Positions 9,476 through 20,123 of a stretch of DNA of 64,000 nt are shown in pieces. The notes under the pieces are model-generated. The model saw nothing but the letters and a program-made list of their open reading frames with translations. It was not told where the DNA came from and searched no databases. Made by a program: the position numbers and the translations under genes. The first letter of the stretch is position 1; every line of letters starts with the position of its first letter. This DNA comes from a virus (Duplodnaviria > Caudoviricetes), in the IMG/VR virus record IMGVR_UViG_3300022661_001261, positions 595-64,594 of that record. One strand, 5' to 3'.

Positions 9476-10801
9476 ATGGCAGGTGGAAAATTCGATAAAC
9501 TTGCAGGAAAGGTCCGCCCCGGTACTTATGTGAACTTTGAAAGCACAAAGGTCGGGACGGTCGGCGTTGGCGAAAGAGGTATTGTGGTAATTCCTTTTAT
9601 CGGCCACGCTTACGGCCCTGTTAAGCAATTCATCACCATTACAAACGCTGCACCCGACGCAGAGAGAGCGAAACTCGGTTACAGCGTTTATGACGACAAC
9701 GACAATATGTTGCTCGTCAGAGAAGCAATGAAGAACGCCGCTACCGTGATTATTTACATCACCGCGAGCGGCACAAAGGCAGTCGGCAACGGCGGCGGTT
9801 TATCCGCAGAGGCGGTACACGGTGGCGTGAGAGGCAACGACCTCGCATTCAGCGTTGTATCTAACCCTGTGGGTGGCTTTGACGTAACCGTTACTCTCGG
9901 AGGTGCGATTATGAGTACCTATGAGGGTATCAACTCTGCCGACGAACTTGCGGGCGACGCATACATCAAGTTTACCGCAGCCGGAGAGAAAATCTCTGCT
10001 GTTGCGGGTGTAAACCTCGCAGGAGCAACGGCAACCGAAAGCGCAAACGCGGATGTTGCCGACTTCCTCGACGCTATCGAGGGTGTTAAGTTTAACGCTG
10101 TGGCTTTCCCTGTTGTGGACGAGGCTCTGTTGACTGCGTTCAAGAGCAAAATCAAGTATCTACGCGACAATGTTGGCAAGGGCGTAATCGGTGTAGCAAC
10201 CGGCCTTGTTGCTGACTACGAGGGCATTATCAACGTAACGAACTCCGTTATCGTTGAGGGCCGCGAACTCACCAACGCACAGGCAACCGCTTGGGTAGCG
10301 GGTGCTACCGCCGGAGCGTCCTATGTTCAGTCTAACACCTACAAGGTGTACGACGGCGCAACGGGCATTGTAGGCGTGAAGACCCACGAACAGGCAGTCG
10401 CCGCTATCAAAAACGGCGAATTCTTCTTCTCTCTCTCCGAGGAGGGCAAGGTCGTAGCAGAGTACGACATCAACAGTCTTGTTACTGTTCCTGTCGGCAA
10501 AGACGACTCTTACAAGAAGAACAGAGTTATCCGCGTATTTGACACTTTCAACGAGAGTGTGCAGCTGAACTTCCCGCCTAACAAATATCCTAATAGCCCT
10601 GTGGGTTGGGATATTATGGAGGGCGTAGGCCGCTCTATTCTCAAAGAGTTTGAAAACGCAGGAGCAATCAAGAATGTTGACTACGAGGCAGATTTCTTGG
10701 TGGACCGTGAGGCTTCTGTTGGGGACCAGACATATTTCAATGTCGGCCTCGAAGCCGTAGACTCCGCCGAAAAACTGTACTTCACCGTAGCAACTCGATA
10801 A
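9476..10801 (+). CDS. Tail sheath protein (XkdK-like)
   Basis: KVRPGTYVNF N-terminus, AWVAGATAG, KNRVIRVFD, DSAEKLYFTV. Confidence 0.93.
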   Translation: MAGGKFDKLAGKVRPGTYVNFESTKVGTVGVGERGIVVIPFIGHAYGPVKQFITITNAAPDAERAKLGYSVYDDNDNMLLVREAMKNAATVIIYITASGTKAVGNGGGLSAEAVHGGVRGNDLAFSVVSNPVGGFDVTVTLGGAIMSTYEGINSADELAGDAYIKFTAAGEKISAVAGVNLAGATATESANADVADFLDAIEGVKFNAVAFPVVDEALLTAFKSKIKYLRDNVGKGVIGVATGLVADYEGIINVTNSVIVEGRELTNAQATAWVAGATAGASYVQSNTYKVYDGATGIVGVKTHEQAVAAIKNGEFFFSLSEEGKVVAEYDINSLVTVPVGKDDSYKKNRVIRVFDTFNESVQLNFPPNKYPNSPVGWDIMEGVGRSILKEFENAGAIKNVDYEADFLVDREASVGDQTYFNVGLEAVDSAEKLYFTVATR

Positions 10802-10814
10802 GGAGGAATAAGCG

Positions 10815-11243
10815 ATGAAATACAACAAAAACCCTATTTCTTTGCGCGAGGGTAAAATGTTCATCGACGGCGTAGAGGTTATGGACGGCATTAAGGCCAA
10901 CATCAAATTTACGCCCGATGTATGGACAGGCAGACAACTCGGCGAAAAGACTCCGAGCAGCAAGTATCTCGGTTATGCTATCACAGGTAGCATTACCCGT
11001 CGTCGCTCTACTTCTTGGCTGAAAGACGCTATCGCCAAGTACAGAAAGACCGGCGAAACTCCCGAATTCACCATTCAGGGCGTAATGGACGATACCACAT
11101 CGGACTATTACAAGAAGAACGGCGCAGACACTTGCACTTGCGTTGGCTGTGTTCTCACGGGCGACCTCAACCTCATCGACCTCGACAGCGGCGGCGAAGT
11201 GGTTGACGACGTTATCAACTTCAACGCAAAGGACATCGTATAA
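10815..11243 (+). CDS. Tail tube protein (XkdM-like)
   Basis: 142 aa after sheath; ISLREGKMFIDG, ITGSITRRR. Confidence 0.88.
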   Translation: MKYNKNPISLREGKMFIDGVEVMDGIKANIKFTPDVWTGRQLGEKTPSSKYLGYAITGSITRRRSTSWLKDAIAKYRKTGETPEFTIQGVMDDTTSDYYKKNGADTCTCVGCVLTGDLNLIDLDSGGEVVDDVINFNAKDIV

Positions 11244-11317
11244 ACGCACACAAACACCGGCCCCTCTGTTGAAAAGCGGAGGGGCTAATTTATTTATTTT
11301 GAAAAGGAGTAACTACA

Positions 11318-11800
11318 ATGGCTAAAGATTTGAAATATTTTATGCGTGAGCAGAAAGAGGAAATCATCACCGTTCCCGGTCCGGAGTCTTTCAAGGACGA
11401 AAACGGCAAAGTCATTGATTTTGAGGTACGCGTCCTCGATAACGCGACCATTACAAAAATCAACGACTCTTACAGAAAGCGCAGTATCGCCACCGACAAA
11501 AAGGGCAACCCCCTTATTTTCAACGGCGAGGTAGTGTGGAAGACCGAAAAGGACAGCGCGAGAGCAACCCGCCACATCATCGCGGAGGCTTTGGTTTACC
11601 CCAACCTCAAAGACGAGAAGTTGATGGAATACTACGGCTGCCACGACATTACCGAAATGCCTACAAAGGTATTCCCCAAGTCTGACGAATTCGCTCACGT
11701 TTCTCGCCTTGTATTCGCTGCTCTCGGTATTGGCTCATTCCCCGGCGCAGACGAAGACGAGGGCAACGCTGACTCCGAAATCGACGAAGCAAAAAACTAA
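11318..11800 (+). CDS. Tail assembly chaperone (XkdN-like, gpG analogue)
   Basis: Between tube and TMP; ALVYPNLKDEKL motif; ends in a slippery A AAA AAC TAA. Confidence 0.85.
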   Translation: MAKDLKYFMREQKEEIITVPGPESFKDENGKVIDFEVRVLDNATITKINDSYRKRSIATDKKGNPLIFNGEVVWKTEKDSARATRHIIAEALVYPNLKDEKLMEYYGCHDITEMPTKVFPKSDEFAHVSRLVFAALGIGSFPGADEDEGNADSEIDEAKN

Positions 11801-11955
11801 TATCCTGCAAGGGTACGGAGTCCTATTGGGCGCACTTGCTTTGGCAAAGACACAATCTGCGCCCGGAGGAATTCGAGGCTATGCCACAGCGTAAAAAGGT
11901 GTGGTTTATAGCCTCGGAAATCAAGGAGGCCGAAGACCCCTGCAGGAAGTATTAA
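11791..11955 (+). CDS. -1 frameshift extension of the tail chaperone (gpGT analogue)
   Basis: Heptamer A-AAA-AAC at 11791-11797; the -1 frame is open for about 54 codons (KLISCKGTESYWAHLLWQRHNLRPEEF...CRKY*) up to the TMP RBS. Confidence 0.75.
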   Translation, partial: KKLISCKGTESYWAHLLWQRHNLRPEEFEAMPQRKKVWFIASEIKEAEDPCRKY

Positions 11956-11973
11956 GAAAGGAGGCGGAATAGA

Positions 11974-14900
11974 GTGGCTAATCTTACCGCGAAATTCAAA
12001 CTCATTGATGAAATGAGTGCAAAACTCGACAAAATCGCACAGAGCGGTCGAAATGCCCTATCCCAATGGGAACAGGCGGGCAATGCCATAGACGGAGCAT
12101 TCGACGGAGCGGTAACAAGTACCGTACACGCAGCGCAGTCTATTGGCGACTCCTCCGACTCCATTGAGGAACTGACCGAGGCTACGCAGAAAGCAACAAC
12201 CGCCGCCGACAGACTCGCCGACGCTAACGAGGAAACAGAGTCGGCTCTCGAAGATGTTGCAAAGGACGCAGAAAAAGCGGCTGACGGTGTAGAAGACTTC
12301 GGCGACGAAAGCGAGGAGGCGGGACGGAAATCCGAGAAATTCGGCGACCAATCCCGCGAAGCGTTTGAGTCAATCGAAGAACTGCTCGTCGGCGCAGGAA
12401 TTGTCAAGGGTCTTGAAGCAATCGGAGAAGCGTTTGTAGACTGTGTAAAGGACGCTATTGAGTTTGAGAGTGCTATTACGGGCGTTTATAAAACCGTTGA
12501 CGGAACGCCGGAGCAACTCGCCGCAATATCTGACGAGGTAAAGGAAATGTCGCTACGACTACCCTCCACTACGACGGAGATAGCGGCAGTAGCAGAGGCG
12601 GCCGGACAGTTAGGCATTCAAACAGACTCTATCACGAGTTTTACGGAGGTTATGATAAACCTCGGTGAGGCTACAAACCTATCGTCTGATGAGGCGGCCT
12701 CGTCCCTTGCGAAATTCGCAAACATTACCAAAATGAGCGCGGACCAATACGAGAATTTAGGTTCGACGGTCGTTGCGCTCGGTAACAATTTCGCCACAAC
12801 GGAGGCGGACATCGTCGCTATGTCAACGAGAATGGCCTCCGCAGGCTCACTCGCAGGACTTTCCGAGCCGGAAATCCTCGCCCTCGCGGCCGCTATTTCT
12901 TCCGTTGGTATCGAAGCAGACGCGGGCGGCTCGTCTATGTCTACGCTGTTGTCAAAATTGCAACTCGCAGTAGAAACAGGAAACGACCAACTCGAACAGT
13001 TTGCCTCGGTAGCAGGAATGACGGCGGACGAATTCTCGCAAAAGTGGGGAGAAAACGCCGTAGACGCTCTTTATGCGTTTATTGCGGGACTCAATGACAC
13101 CGAGAGGAACGGCGCGTCAGCGACCGCTCTTTTGGACGAAATGGGTATCACAGAAATCCGACTCTCCAATGCGGTAAAAGCACTCGCGAGCAATCACGAG
13201 GGCCTCGCAGACGCTGTTGACCTTGCCAATAATGCTTGGGAACAGAATACAGCACTCGCAACGGAGGCAGAAACCCGATACTCCACCCTTGAAAGCAAAC
13301 TTGCTATGACCGAGAACGCACAGACAAACCTCTCCACCGCTATTGGCGAGGTGTTCACCCCGACGGTCGAAATCGGAGCGGAGGCGGCGGCAAACCTTTT
13401 GAACGGACTTGCCGGCATAGCGAAAAACCACCCCGGAGTTGTAAAGGCGCTTGCTGTTGTAACGACGGGCGTAGCAGCCTATACTGCGGGGATTGTAGCA
13501 TATGTTGCTGTGAAGAAAATCGCCACAATCGTACAGACGAATTTCAACAAAGCAGCACTCGCAAATCCGTATGTTCTTCTGGCAACAGGCATTATTGCCC
13601 TAACAACGGCTGTTGTTTTATTTTCCGACAGTATGACCGCCGCCGAAAAGGAAATGGCGAGTCTAACAGCAACTTCCCGAAAACAGGCGCAAGAACTCGA
13701 ATCCCTAAAGGGCGAGTATGCCGAGGTTTGCGACCAGTATGGAGAAAATTCTTACGAGGCACAGGCTCTTGAATGGCAGATTGACGACCTTTCAGAAGCC
13801 TACGAGCGAAACAAGCAAACGACAGAGGAGTATAATGCGGAATTAGACTCTTACATCGAGGGTTTACGCACTTCGCGTGAGGAATACGAGGAAACCACAA
13901 GCAGCTTTGACAACGAGTATGAGAGTAGCATTGCCCTTATAGCAAAACTTCAAGAGTTAGGAAGTACATCGGAGCAGGCAGCTCGAAATCAAGCCCTTAT
14001 TGTCCCGATTATCGACGAGTTAAATAGCCGATATGAGGGATTGGGACTAACATTCGACTCTTTAACCGGAAAATTTAACCTACCGTCAGACCAAATACAG
14101 CAAATTGCAAAGGAAGAAGCAGATCTCAATAAACGCACAGAGGACTGGGAACGGTATGTAAAAGTGCTTGGTGATTTACCAACAGCATACCAAAACCTTG
14201 AAGAAGCCAAAACAGAACTCGGTTTATTGACGGAAGCCTCAGATAAAGCGTCTGACGCAGTATCGGACTACAATTGGTCTTGGGAACACTTTATTTCGTC
14301 TTTTGGAGGCAGTTGGGACCAAAAAATGTGGGACCTCTGCAAAGCAGCAGACGATTTGAACGCAAAAGAGTCAGAGCAAAAGGAAAAAGTCAGCCAACTT
14401 CAAAGCGAGTATGACGCTCTTTTAGAAACCCAAAAGCAAATCGAGGAACAGTACGGTATTACCTCTTCCGAAGTTGAGGACCAGGGCAACGCATTTATTA
14501 CTTGGCAGGACGCAGTCAACAACAGTATGTATGCAGTGCAAACAGAGGTTGAGGAACTATGCGCAGCCTATGACGAAGCATACATCGCCGCCCGCGACAG
14601 CATTGACGGTCAAATCGGCCTGTTCCAAGAAATGGTCGTAGAAGCCGAAACCTCGGTAGAGGAAATGAAAGGTGCTTGGGAGAGTCAAATTCAATACCTA
14701 ACAACCTATGCCGATAACATCAAAAAGGCTATGGATTTCGGTCTTGATGATGAACTCATCAAGGAACTTTCAGACGGCAGCGAGGAAAGCGCGGCCTACC
14801 TCGATACTATCATCAGCAAGGTGGAGGAACTCGGCGGAACAACCGACGAAGCAAAGAAGTTTGTTTCTGAATTCAACGCAAAATTCCAAGAGGTTGAAAC

Positions 14901-15600
14901 CGCAAAAGACGAATTTGCGGGGACCGTTGCCGATATGGAAACGGGATTTTCCGAGAAACTCACGCAAATGCAAACCGACCTCGATACTGCGATAGACGGT
15001 ATGAATATGGAAACCGACGCGGCGGCAGCTGCAAAGGCGACTATGGACGCATACTTGCAGGAGATTATCGAGGGAGGCAATTCTGCGGTAAAGGCAGCAG
15101 AGAGTGCGGCGGCTCGTGTAGCGGCGGCTCTGAAAACGGGAACGCCTACAACCGCCGACGGAACAGCAACATACGTTCCGAAAGACTTTGTCGGACCGTT
15201 AGCACCCGGACAGCAATACTCACCGTATGCGAGCGGTACAGACTACGCCTCACAGGGTATTCACCTTGTAGGCGAACACGGCCCGGAACTTGTTGAGTTT
15301 GAGGGCGGTGAAACCGTATACCCGGCGGACGAAACCTCTCGTATTCTTTCCCGAATTGGCGACGCAAAATTCCATACCTCCCCGGAGGCAGGAGCAGCGG
15401 TCAAAGAGGAGCAGACAGGAAACAGAGAGGAAAAGCGCACTATCCGTCTTGAAATCAACGGCAGCGGCGCAATAGAGGTTGACAGCACAATGGACGAGGA
15501 AACTGTTGTAGACATTATCGGCAGACACCTCAAACCCGTCCTCGCGGGCATTGTAAAACAAGAAATTTTCGAGGAGGGCGATTTGGCTTATGACTTCTAA
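11974..15600 (+). CDS. Tape measure protein
   Basis: 1208 aa, Ala/Glu-rich helical; FESAITGVYKTVDG TP901-type core; C-terminal YASGT...VGEHGPEL; GTG start. Confidence 0.93.
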   Translation: MANLTAKFKLIDEMSAKLDKIAQSGRNALSQWEQAGNAIDGAFDGAVTSTVHAAQSIGDSSDSIEELTEATQKATTAADRLADANEETESALEDVAKDAEKAADGVEDFGDESEEAGRKSEKFGDQSREAFESIEELLVGAGIVKGLEAIGEAFVDCVKDAIEFESAITGVYKTVDGTPEQLAAISDEVKEMSLRLPSTTTEIAAVAEAAGQLGIQTDSITSFTEVMINLGEATNLSSDEAASSLAKFANITKMSADQYENLGSTVVALGNNFATTEADIVAMSTRMASAGSLAGLSEPEILALAAAISSVGIEADAGGSSMSTLLSKLQLAVETGNDQLEQFASVAGMTADEFSQKWGENAVDALYAFIAGLNDTERNGASATALLDEMGITEIRLSNAVKALASNHEGLADAVDLANNAWEQNTALATEAETRYSTLESKLAMTENAQTNLSTAIGEVFTPTVEIGAEAAANLLNGLAGIAKNHPGVVKALAVVTTGVAAYTAGIVAYVAVKKIATIVQTNFNKAALANPYVLLATGIIALTTAVVLFSDSMTAAEKEMASLTATSRKQAQELESLKGEYAEVCDQYGENSYEAQALEWQIDDLSEAYERNKQTTEEYNAELDSYIEGLRTSREEYEETTSSFDNEYESSIALIAKLQELGSTSEQAARNQALIVPIIDELNSRYEGLGLTFDSLTGKFNLPSDQIQQIAKEEADLNKRTEDWERYVKVLGDLPTAYQNLEEAKTELGLLTEASDKASDAVSDYNWSWEHFISSFGGSWDQKMWDLCKAADDLNAKESEQKEKVSQLQSEYDALLETQKQIEEQYGITSSEVEDQGNAFITWQDAVNNSMYAVQTEVEELCAAYDEAYIAARDSIDGQIGLFQEMVVEAETSVEEMKGAWESQIQYLTTYADNIKKAMDFGLDDELIKELSDGSEESAAYLDTIISKVEELGGTTDEAKKFVSEFNAKFQEVETAKDEFAGTVADMETGFSEKLTQMQTDLDTAIDGMNMETDAAAAAKATMDAYLQEIIEGGNSAVKAAESAAARVAAALKTGTPTTADGTATYVPKDFVGPLAPGQQYSPYASGTDYASQGIHLVGEHGPELVEFEGGETVYPADETSRILSRIGDAKFHTSPEAGAAVKEEQTGNREEKRTIRLEINGSGAIEVDSTMDEETVVDIIGRHLKPVLAGIVKQEIFEEGDLAYDF

Positions 15601-16252
15601 TAACAAGTATCAAATGTGGCTCACATTCAACGGAGAGAAAGAGAAAATCAGACTCCCGGTGTTGCCCGAAAAATTCAAAATCACGATGGGAACGAAAGAC
15701 CAAAGCGTAGACGTGGCGGGACTTGGAGAAATCCTCGTAGCCCAAAGCAGACCCGCGACGGAGTTTTCGTTCTCGTCGTTCTTCCCGGCGGCGGCTTTCC
15801 CCGGAATTGCGGTGTCTTATGTAACGAAGCCCAAAACGCTGAAAGACAAAATCACGGAATGGAAGAACTCGACGAAGCCCGTACACCTTATTGTTACGGG
15901 GCTTGACATCGACGTTTACTGCCGTATCACGAAATTTGTACCAAGCGAGGAGGGCGGCGACGTAGGCACTATAAAATATGACATTACGCTCAAAGAATTC
16001 AGAGAGCCGAAAGTCAGACAGGTCAAGGTCGAAGTGAAGACGCAGACGGCGACCGTGCAAAACACCCCCGCCCGGACAGACAACACGACGCAACCCACCA
16101 CCTATACAGTCAAAAAGGGCGACTGCCTGTGGAATATCGCAAAGAAATTCCTCGGCAATGGTGCGTTATATATGCAGATTTACAATCTGAATAAAAACAT
16201 CATCAAAAACCCGAATTTGATTTATGTAGGTCAAGTGTTGCGTATAAAGTAG
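15590..16252 (+). CDS. LysM-containing tail tube initiator (XkdP-like)
   Basis: C-terminal LysM YTVKKGDCLWNIAKKFLG...NPNLIYVGQVL. Confidence 0.88.
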   Translation: MTSNNKYQMWLTFNGEKEKIRLPVLPEKFKITMGTKDQSVDVAGLGEILVAQSRPATEFSFSSFFPAAAFPGIAVSYVTKPKTLKDKITEWKNSTKPVHLIVTGLDIDVYCRITKFVPSEEGGDVGTIKYDITLKEFREPKVRQVKVEVKTQTATVQNTPARTDNTTQPTTYTVKKGDCLWNIAKKFLGNGALYMQIYNLNKNIIKNPNLIYVGQVLRIK

Positions 16253-16262
16253 GAGGTGCGCT

Positions 16263-17492
16263 ATGGCAGGAATAAACCTCATTCTCATTAAAGGGACGCA
16301 GGGCTATGACATAAGCGACCTCGTTATGCAAGTAAAATGGGGCGGGAGGAAAGGGTCTTCCTCCCGCACTATTGATGTTACCCTACTCGACGACGACCAA
16401 CAGGACAACGCGAGAGCCGGAGTCAACGTAGAAGACGGCAATCAATGTATTTTCAGTTGGAACGGCAAAGAGTTATTCAGAGGAATTTTGATGAAGCAGG
16501 GTCAAACGCAGAAAAAGCAGTTGACATTTAAGGCTTACGACAACGGAATTTACCTCGCAAACAACAAAGACACCTTTGTATACACGAACAAAACCGCAGA
16601 TTTTATATTCAAAGACATCTGCAAGAGGTTTGGTTTGCCATATTCAGAGGCGGCGGCGTGTAGTTACAAGGTCCCGGAACTCACCAAACCAAAAACAACC
16701 GCTTTTGACGCGATTGCAGACGCTTTGAGCCAAGATTTCAATGCCACGGGTACACGACACTACATCGACTCGCAAAAAGGCTCTCTACGGCTTTTAACGC
16801 GACGAGAGAACATTATGCAATGGGTGTTGGAGGTTGGAAGTAATATTATTTCCTATAACAGCAGCGTTAGTATAGAAAAAGTAAAGACCCGTATCAAACT
16901 TTTGTCCGATGAGGGGACTGTGTTAGCCGAAAAGAAAGACGCGGCCCTCGAAAAGAAAATCGGTGTTATGCAGGACATCGACGAGCCGGACGAAACCCTC
17001 AACAGCGCACAGCTGCAGGAACTTGTGGCGAGTATGCTTGACGAGAGCAAAGCACCGACACGGTCTTTGAAGTTAGACACGCTCGGTATACCCGATGTTG
17101 TTTCGGGATTGGGGGTATTTGTTATTATCCCCGCTCTCGGTATCTCGAAGACATTTTATGTTGATGAAGATACGCACATATTCAAGGATAATTACCACAG
17201 AATGACAGTAACGCTGAATGAGGCGCGAGATTTGCAGAAGAAACCCGCCGCAGGAGGAAACGCTACAAGCGGAAAAACCGAAGGTAGTACGGTTTATTTC
17301 AACGGCGGAAATCATTATTTCACCTCCGGCTCGACATCGCCGACAGGCGGAACGCGAAAAGCGGGCAAAGCAAAACTCACGCTGATAGCAGAGGGAGCAA
17401 AACACCCCTACCACGTTGTGGGAGGCGCATACAACGACGTTGACGGCGACTGTAATGTTTACGGTTGGGTCAACGCCGACCAAATCAGTTAA
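16263..17492 (+). CDS. Baseplate hub protein (XkdQ-like) with C-terminal SH3-like extension
   Basis: AYDNGIYLANNKD; position; C-terminal HPYHVVG...VYGWV. Confidence 0.8.
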   Translation: MAGINLILIKGTQGYDISDLVMQVKWGGRKGSSSRTIDVTLLDDDQQDNARAGVNVEDGNQCIFSWNGKELFRGILMKQGQTQKKQLTFKAYDNGIYLANNKDTFVYTNKTADFIFKDICKRFGLPYSEAAACSYKVPELTKPKTTAFDAIADALSQDFNATGTRHYIDSQKGSLRLLTRRENIMQWVLEVGSNIISYNSSVSIEKVKTRIKLLSDEGTVLAEKKDAALEKKIGVMQDIDEPDETLNSAQLQELVASMLDESKAPTRSLKLDTLGIPDVVSGLGVFVIIPALGISKTFYVDEDTHIFKDNYHRMTVTLNEARDLQKKPAAGGNATSGKTEGSTVYFNGGNHYFTSGSTSPTGGTRKAGKAKLTLIAEGAKHPYHVVGGAYNDVDGDCNVYGWVNADQIS

Positions 17493-17506
17493 AGGAGGGC
17501 TGAAAA

Positions 17507-17968
17507 ATGACAAACGACCCCGGAGGACAAACGAGCCTCAAAGGATTGTTTCAAGGGCTTGTTCCCGACCCCTGCGGAATTCTGCAAGGGACCGTTATTT
17601 CCGCCTCGCCTTTGCAAATACAGGCTGTGAATGACGAAAAACTCATTCTCCCCGCTACGGTTTTGATTGTACCGAGGCACTTAACGAATTACTCCGCTAC
17701 GGTGGATATTTCGGTAGGCAGAGGAACGCTGTCAAGCGTTACGGACAACAAAGGCACACACGAACACAGCGGAGGCGAACACGGCGGCCACGATAGCGGA
17801 AACGGCTCTCACGACCACAACGGCGGAGAGCATAGCCACGCCCTATCCACTTTCTCCATTTCGGGCGGCAGTATGACAGTATACAACGCCTTGAAATCGG
17901 GAGAAAAGGTACACCTCCTTTCGCTCAACAACGGCAAAAAATACTATGTTTTAGATAGGGTGGTGTAA
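17507..17968 (+). CDS. Baseplate spike-like protein (XkdR/DUF2577-like) with His-rich segment
   Basis: GTVISASPLQI, LKSGEKVHLL...YYVLDRV; HEHSGGEHGGH...HDH...EHSH. Confidence 0.7.
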   Translation: MTNDPGGQTSLKGLFQGLVPDPCGILQGTVISASPLQIQAVNDEKLILPATVLIVPRHLTNYSATVDISVGRGTLSSVTDNKGTHEHSGGEHGGHDSGNGSHDHNGGEHSHALSTFSISGGSMTVYNALKSGEKVHLLSLNNGKKYYVLDRVV

Positions 17969-17970
17969 TT

Positions 17971-18381
17971 ATGGCAGAGTCAGTATTCATTCCGTTACCC
18001 GTTAGCGAGGTAACAGAGGCACAGGAAAAACCGTCCCTCACCTACAAACTCGACCTCGACAAAGGACGAATAATGGGAATGGTGGACGGACTTGAAGCCG
18101 TAAATCAAGCGATACGAAAAGCGATTATAACCCCGCGCTTTAAGTGTCTGATTTACGATAACCAATACGGCAGCGAAATACAGGAGGCAATTATAGCGGA
18201 AGACGCTACGCCGGAGTATACAGAGGCCGTAATACCCGGCTTTGTGGAGGACGCGCTGAAACCCGATACACGAATTTTGAAAGTCTACGATTTTCAATTT
18301 GAGTTTATGTCGGACGGAGCGCACATCTTTTTCAGAGCCGATACCATTTTTGGGGAAACAGAATTCGAGGAGGTGATTTGA
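17971..18381 (+). CDS. Baseplate wedge protein (XkdS/DUF2634, gp25-like)
   Basis: DGLEAVNQAIRKAIITPRF...IYDNQYGSE. Confidence 0.82.
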   Translation: MAESVFIPLPVSEVTEAQEKPSLTYKLDLDKGRIMGMVDGLEAVNQAIRKAIITPRFKCLIYDNQYGSEIQEAIIAEDATPEYTEAVIPGFVEDALKPDTRILKVYDFQFEFMSDGAHIFFRADTIFGETEFEEVI

Positions 18382-19466
18382 TGTTTGAAGAAATTACATA
18401 CGAGAAACTGTTGGAAGATGTTTTGGAGAACGCCCCTGCAGGGATAGACACCCGGCAAGGCAGTATTTTCTATGACGCAGTTTCGGGAGTGTTGTTGAAA
18501 ATTGCAAAACTCTATACCGATATTGATACGATAGCGGAACTTGTTTCGTTAGACACGGCGACGGGAGAATATCTCGACCGCAAAGCAGGAGAACATATGG
18601 TAACCCGATTACCCGCGACGAGCTGTTGCTATTATTTCAGTTTTGAGGGAACTGCGCCGGACGTCGGCGAAAGATTTTACACCGACGGTCTTTATTTCGT
18701 TTTGAGAAAAAACGAGGACGGCGAATACTATCTCGAAGCAGAAACGGCAGGAACAGCCTCGAACACCGTTTACGCAGGAACGGCCGCAATACCTACGAGT
18801 AATATTCAAGGGCTTACGGCGGCGACATTTGGCGAGATTATGGAACTCGGCGCAGACGAAGAAAGCGACGACGACCTCCGCGAGAGGTTAAGAGAGAAAA
18901 TTTCGGGACCGGCGGAAAACGGAAATAGGCAGAATTACCGCTCTTGGTGCGAGTCTATCGAGGGCGTAGGCAGAGCGCGTATTATTCCGCTTTGGAACGG
19001 GCCTAACACCGTAAAGGCAATTATCATTGACCCAAGCGGCACACCCGCCACACAAACAGTAGTAGAGCGCGTACAGAACTACATCGACCCCGATAACGAC
19101 GGCGACGGAGAGGGCGACGGACTCGGAGAGGGCGTTGCAAACCTCGGCGCACACTTTACAGCAGTAGCCCCGGAGGAAAGAATTATCAATATTTCTTTCA
19201 ATGCGGTTTTGGCGGCCGGAGCAACCGCTGACGAGGCGGAGGAACAGGCGCGAGCAGCCATTACCGACTACCTTTCGGGACTTACACTCAACACCCCGGA
19301 CGGCGAAAGCGTGGTAGTGCGACTCTCTGCTATCGGTGCTATTATAAACGGTCTTTCCTCTATTCTCGACTACAACACGCTCGAACTTAACGACGCGACG
19401 GAGAACATCGAGCCGGGCGACAGCGCGGTAGCCGTGATTGGTGAGGTGATGTTGAATGTATTATAA
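18378..19466 (+). CDS. Baseplate J-like protein (XkdT)
   Basis: DTRQGSIFYDA, LDTATGEYLD, GADEESDDDLRER, RIIPLWNGPNTV. Confidence 0.92.
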   Translation: MMFEEITYEKLLEDVLENAPAGIDTRQGSIFYDAVSGVLLKIAKLYTDIDTIAELVSLDTATGEYLDRKAGEHMVTRLPATSCCYYFSFEGTAPDVGERFYTDGLYFVLRKNEDGEYYLEAETAGTASNTVYAGTAAIPTSNIQGLTAATFGEIMELGADEESDDDLRERLREKISGPAENGNRQNYRSWCESIEGVGRARIIPLWNGPNTVKAIIIDPSGTPATQTVVERVQNYIDPDNDGDGEGDGLGEGVANLGAHFTAVAPEERIINISFNAVLAAGATADEAEEQARAAITDYLSGLTLNTPDGESVVVRLSAIGAIINGLSSILDYNTLELNDATENIEPGDSAVAVIGEVMLNVL

Positions 19467-20106
19467 CAACGGATATGACAGCACCTACGAGGAACTCATT
19501 ACCTTTTACCCTGCTTTTTACAGAGAGGTCAAAGAAATAAAGGCCATTCTTGAAGCGCAGGGAGAAATCACGGACGGCGTTATTGCGGATATAAACCGGG
19601 TTATCGAAAACTCGTTTATCGCTACAGCGGACGAAACGATGATAACAAGGCTTGAAAAATTCCTCGGACTTCCTACTGACACATCAAAATCCCTCGAAGA
19701 CCGCAGACAGGCGGTAAGCGTCTGCTTTTACGGCTTTGGTAAACTGTCAGCGTCGAAGCTGAAAGAAACGCTCAAAGCGTTTTCGGGAGTGGACTGCGAT
19801 ATTAAATTCGCCCCGGCGGACGAAGCAGGAAACAACAGGCTCGACATCGCAATACCAAACCCGAAAAGGGATTTTGACCCACAGGTAGCCCTCGACCTTT
19901 TGGCGAAGCGACTCCCGGCGCACCTTTGGTACAAAGTAAACATCAGCAGAAACCACGACGGAACGATGTTTATTGGATTTGTTTTGCGTCTTACGAAGAA
20001 AGTGGAAATCGGGTGCAACCCGACTACATTTGACCCCGCGACATTCCTTGCAGACGAAGACGGAAACATTCTTGCCAACGAAGCCGGAGCGTGGCTATCA
20101 ATCTAA
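19456..20106 (+). CDS. Baseplate protein (XkdU/DUF2313-like)
   Basis: FIATADETMITRLEKFLG, LEDRR, LPAHL. Confidence 0.8.
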   Translation: MYYNNGYDSTYEELITFYPAFYREVKEIKAILEAQGEITDGVIADINRVIENSFIATADETMITRLEKFLGLPTDTSKSLEDRRQAVSVCFYGFGKLSASKLKETLKAFSGVDCDIKFAPADEAGNNRLDIAIPNPKRDFDPQVALDLLAKRLPAHLWYKVNISRNHDGTMFIGFVLRLTKKVEIGCNPTTFDPATFLADEDGNILANEAGAWLSI

Positions 20107-20123
20107 TACAAGGAGGAAACGCA

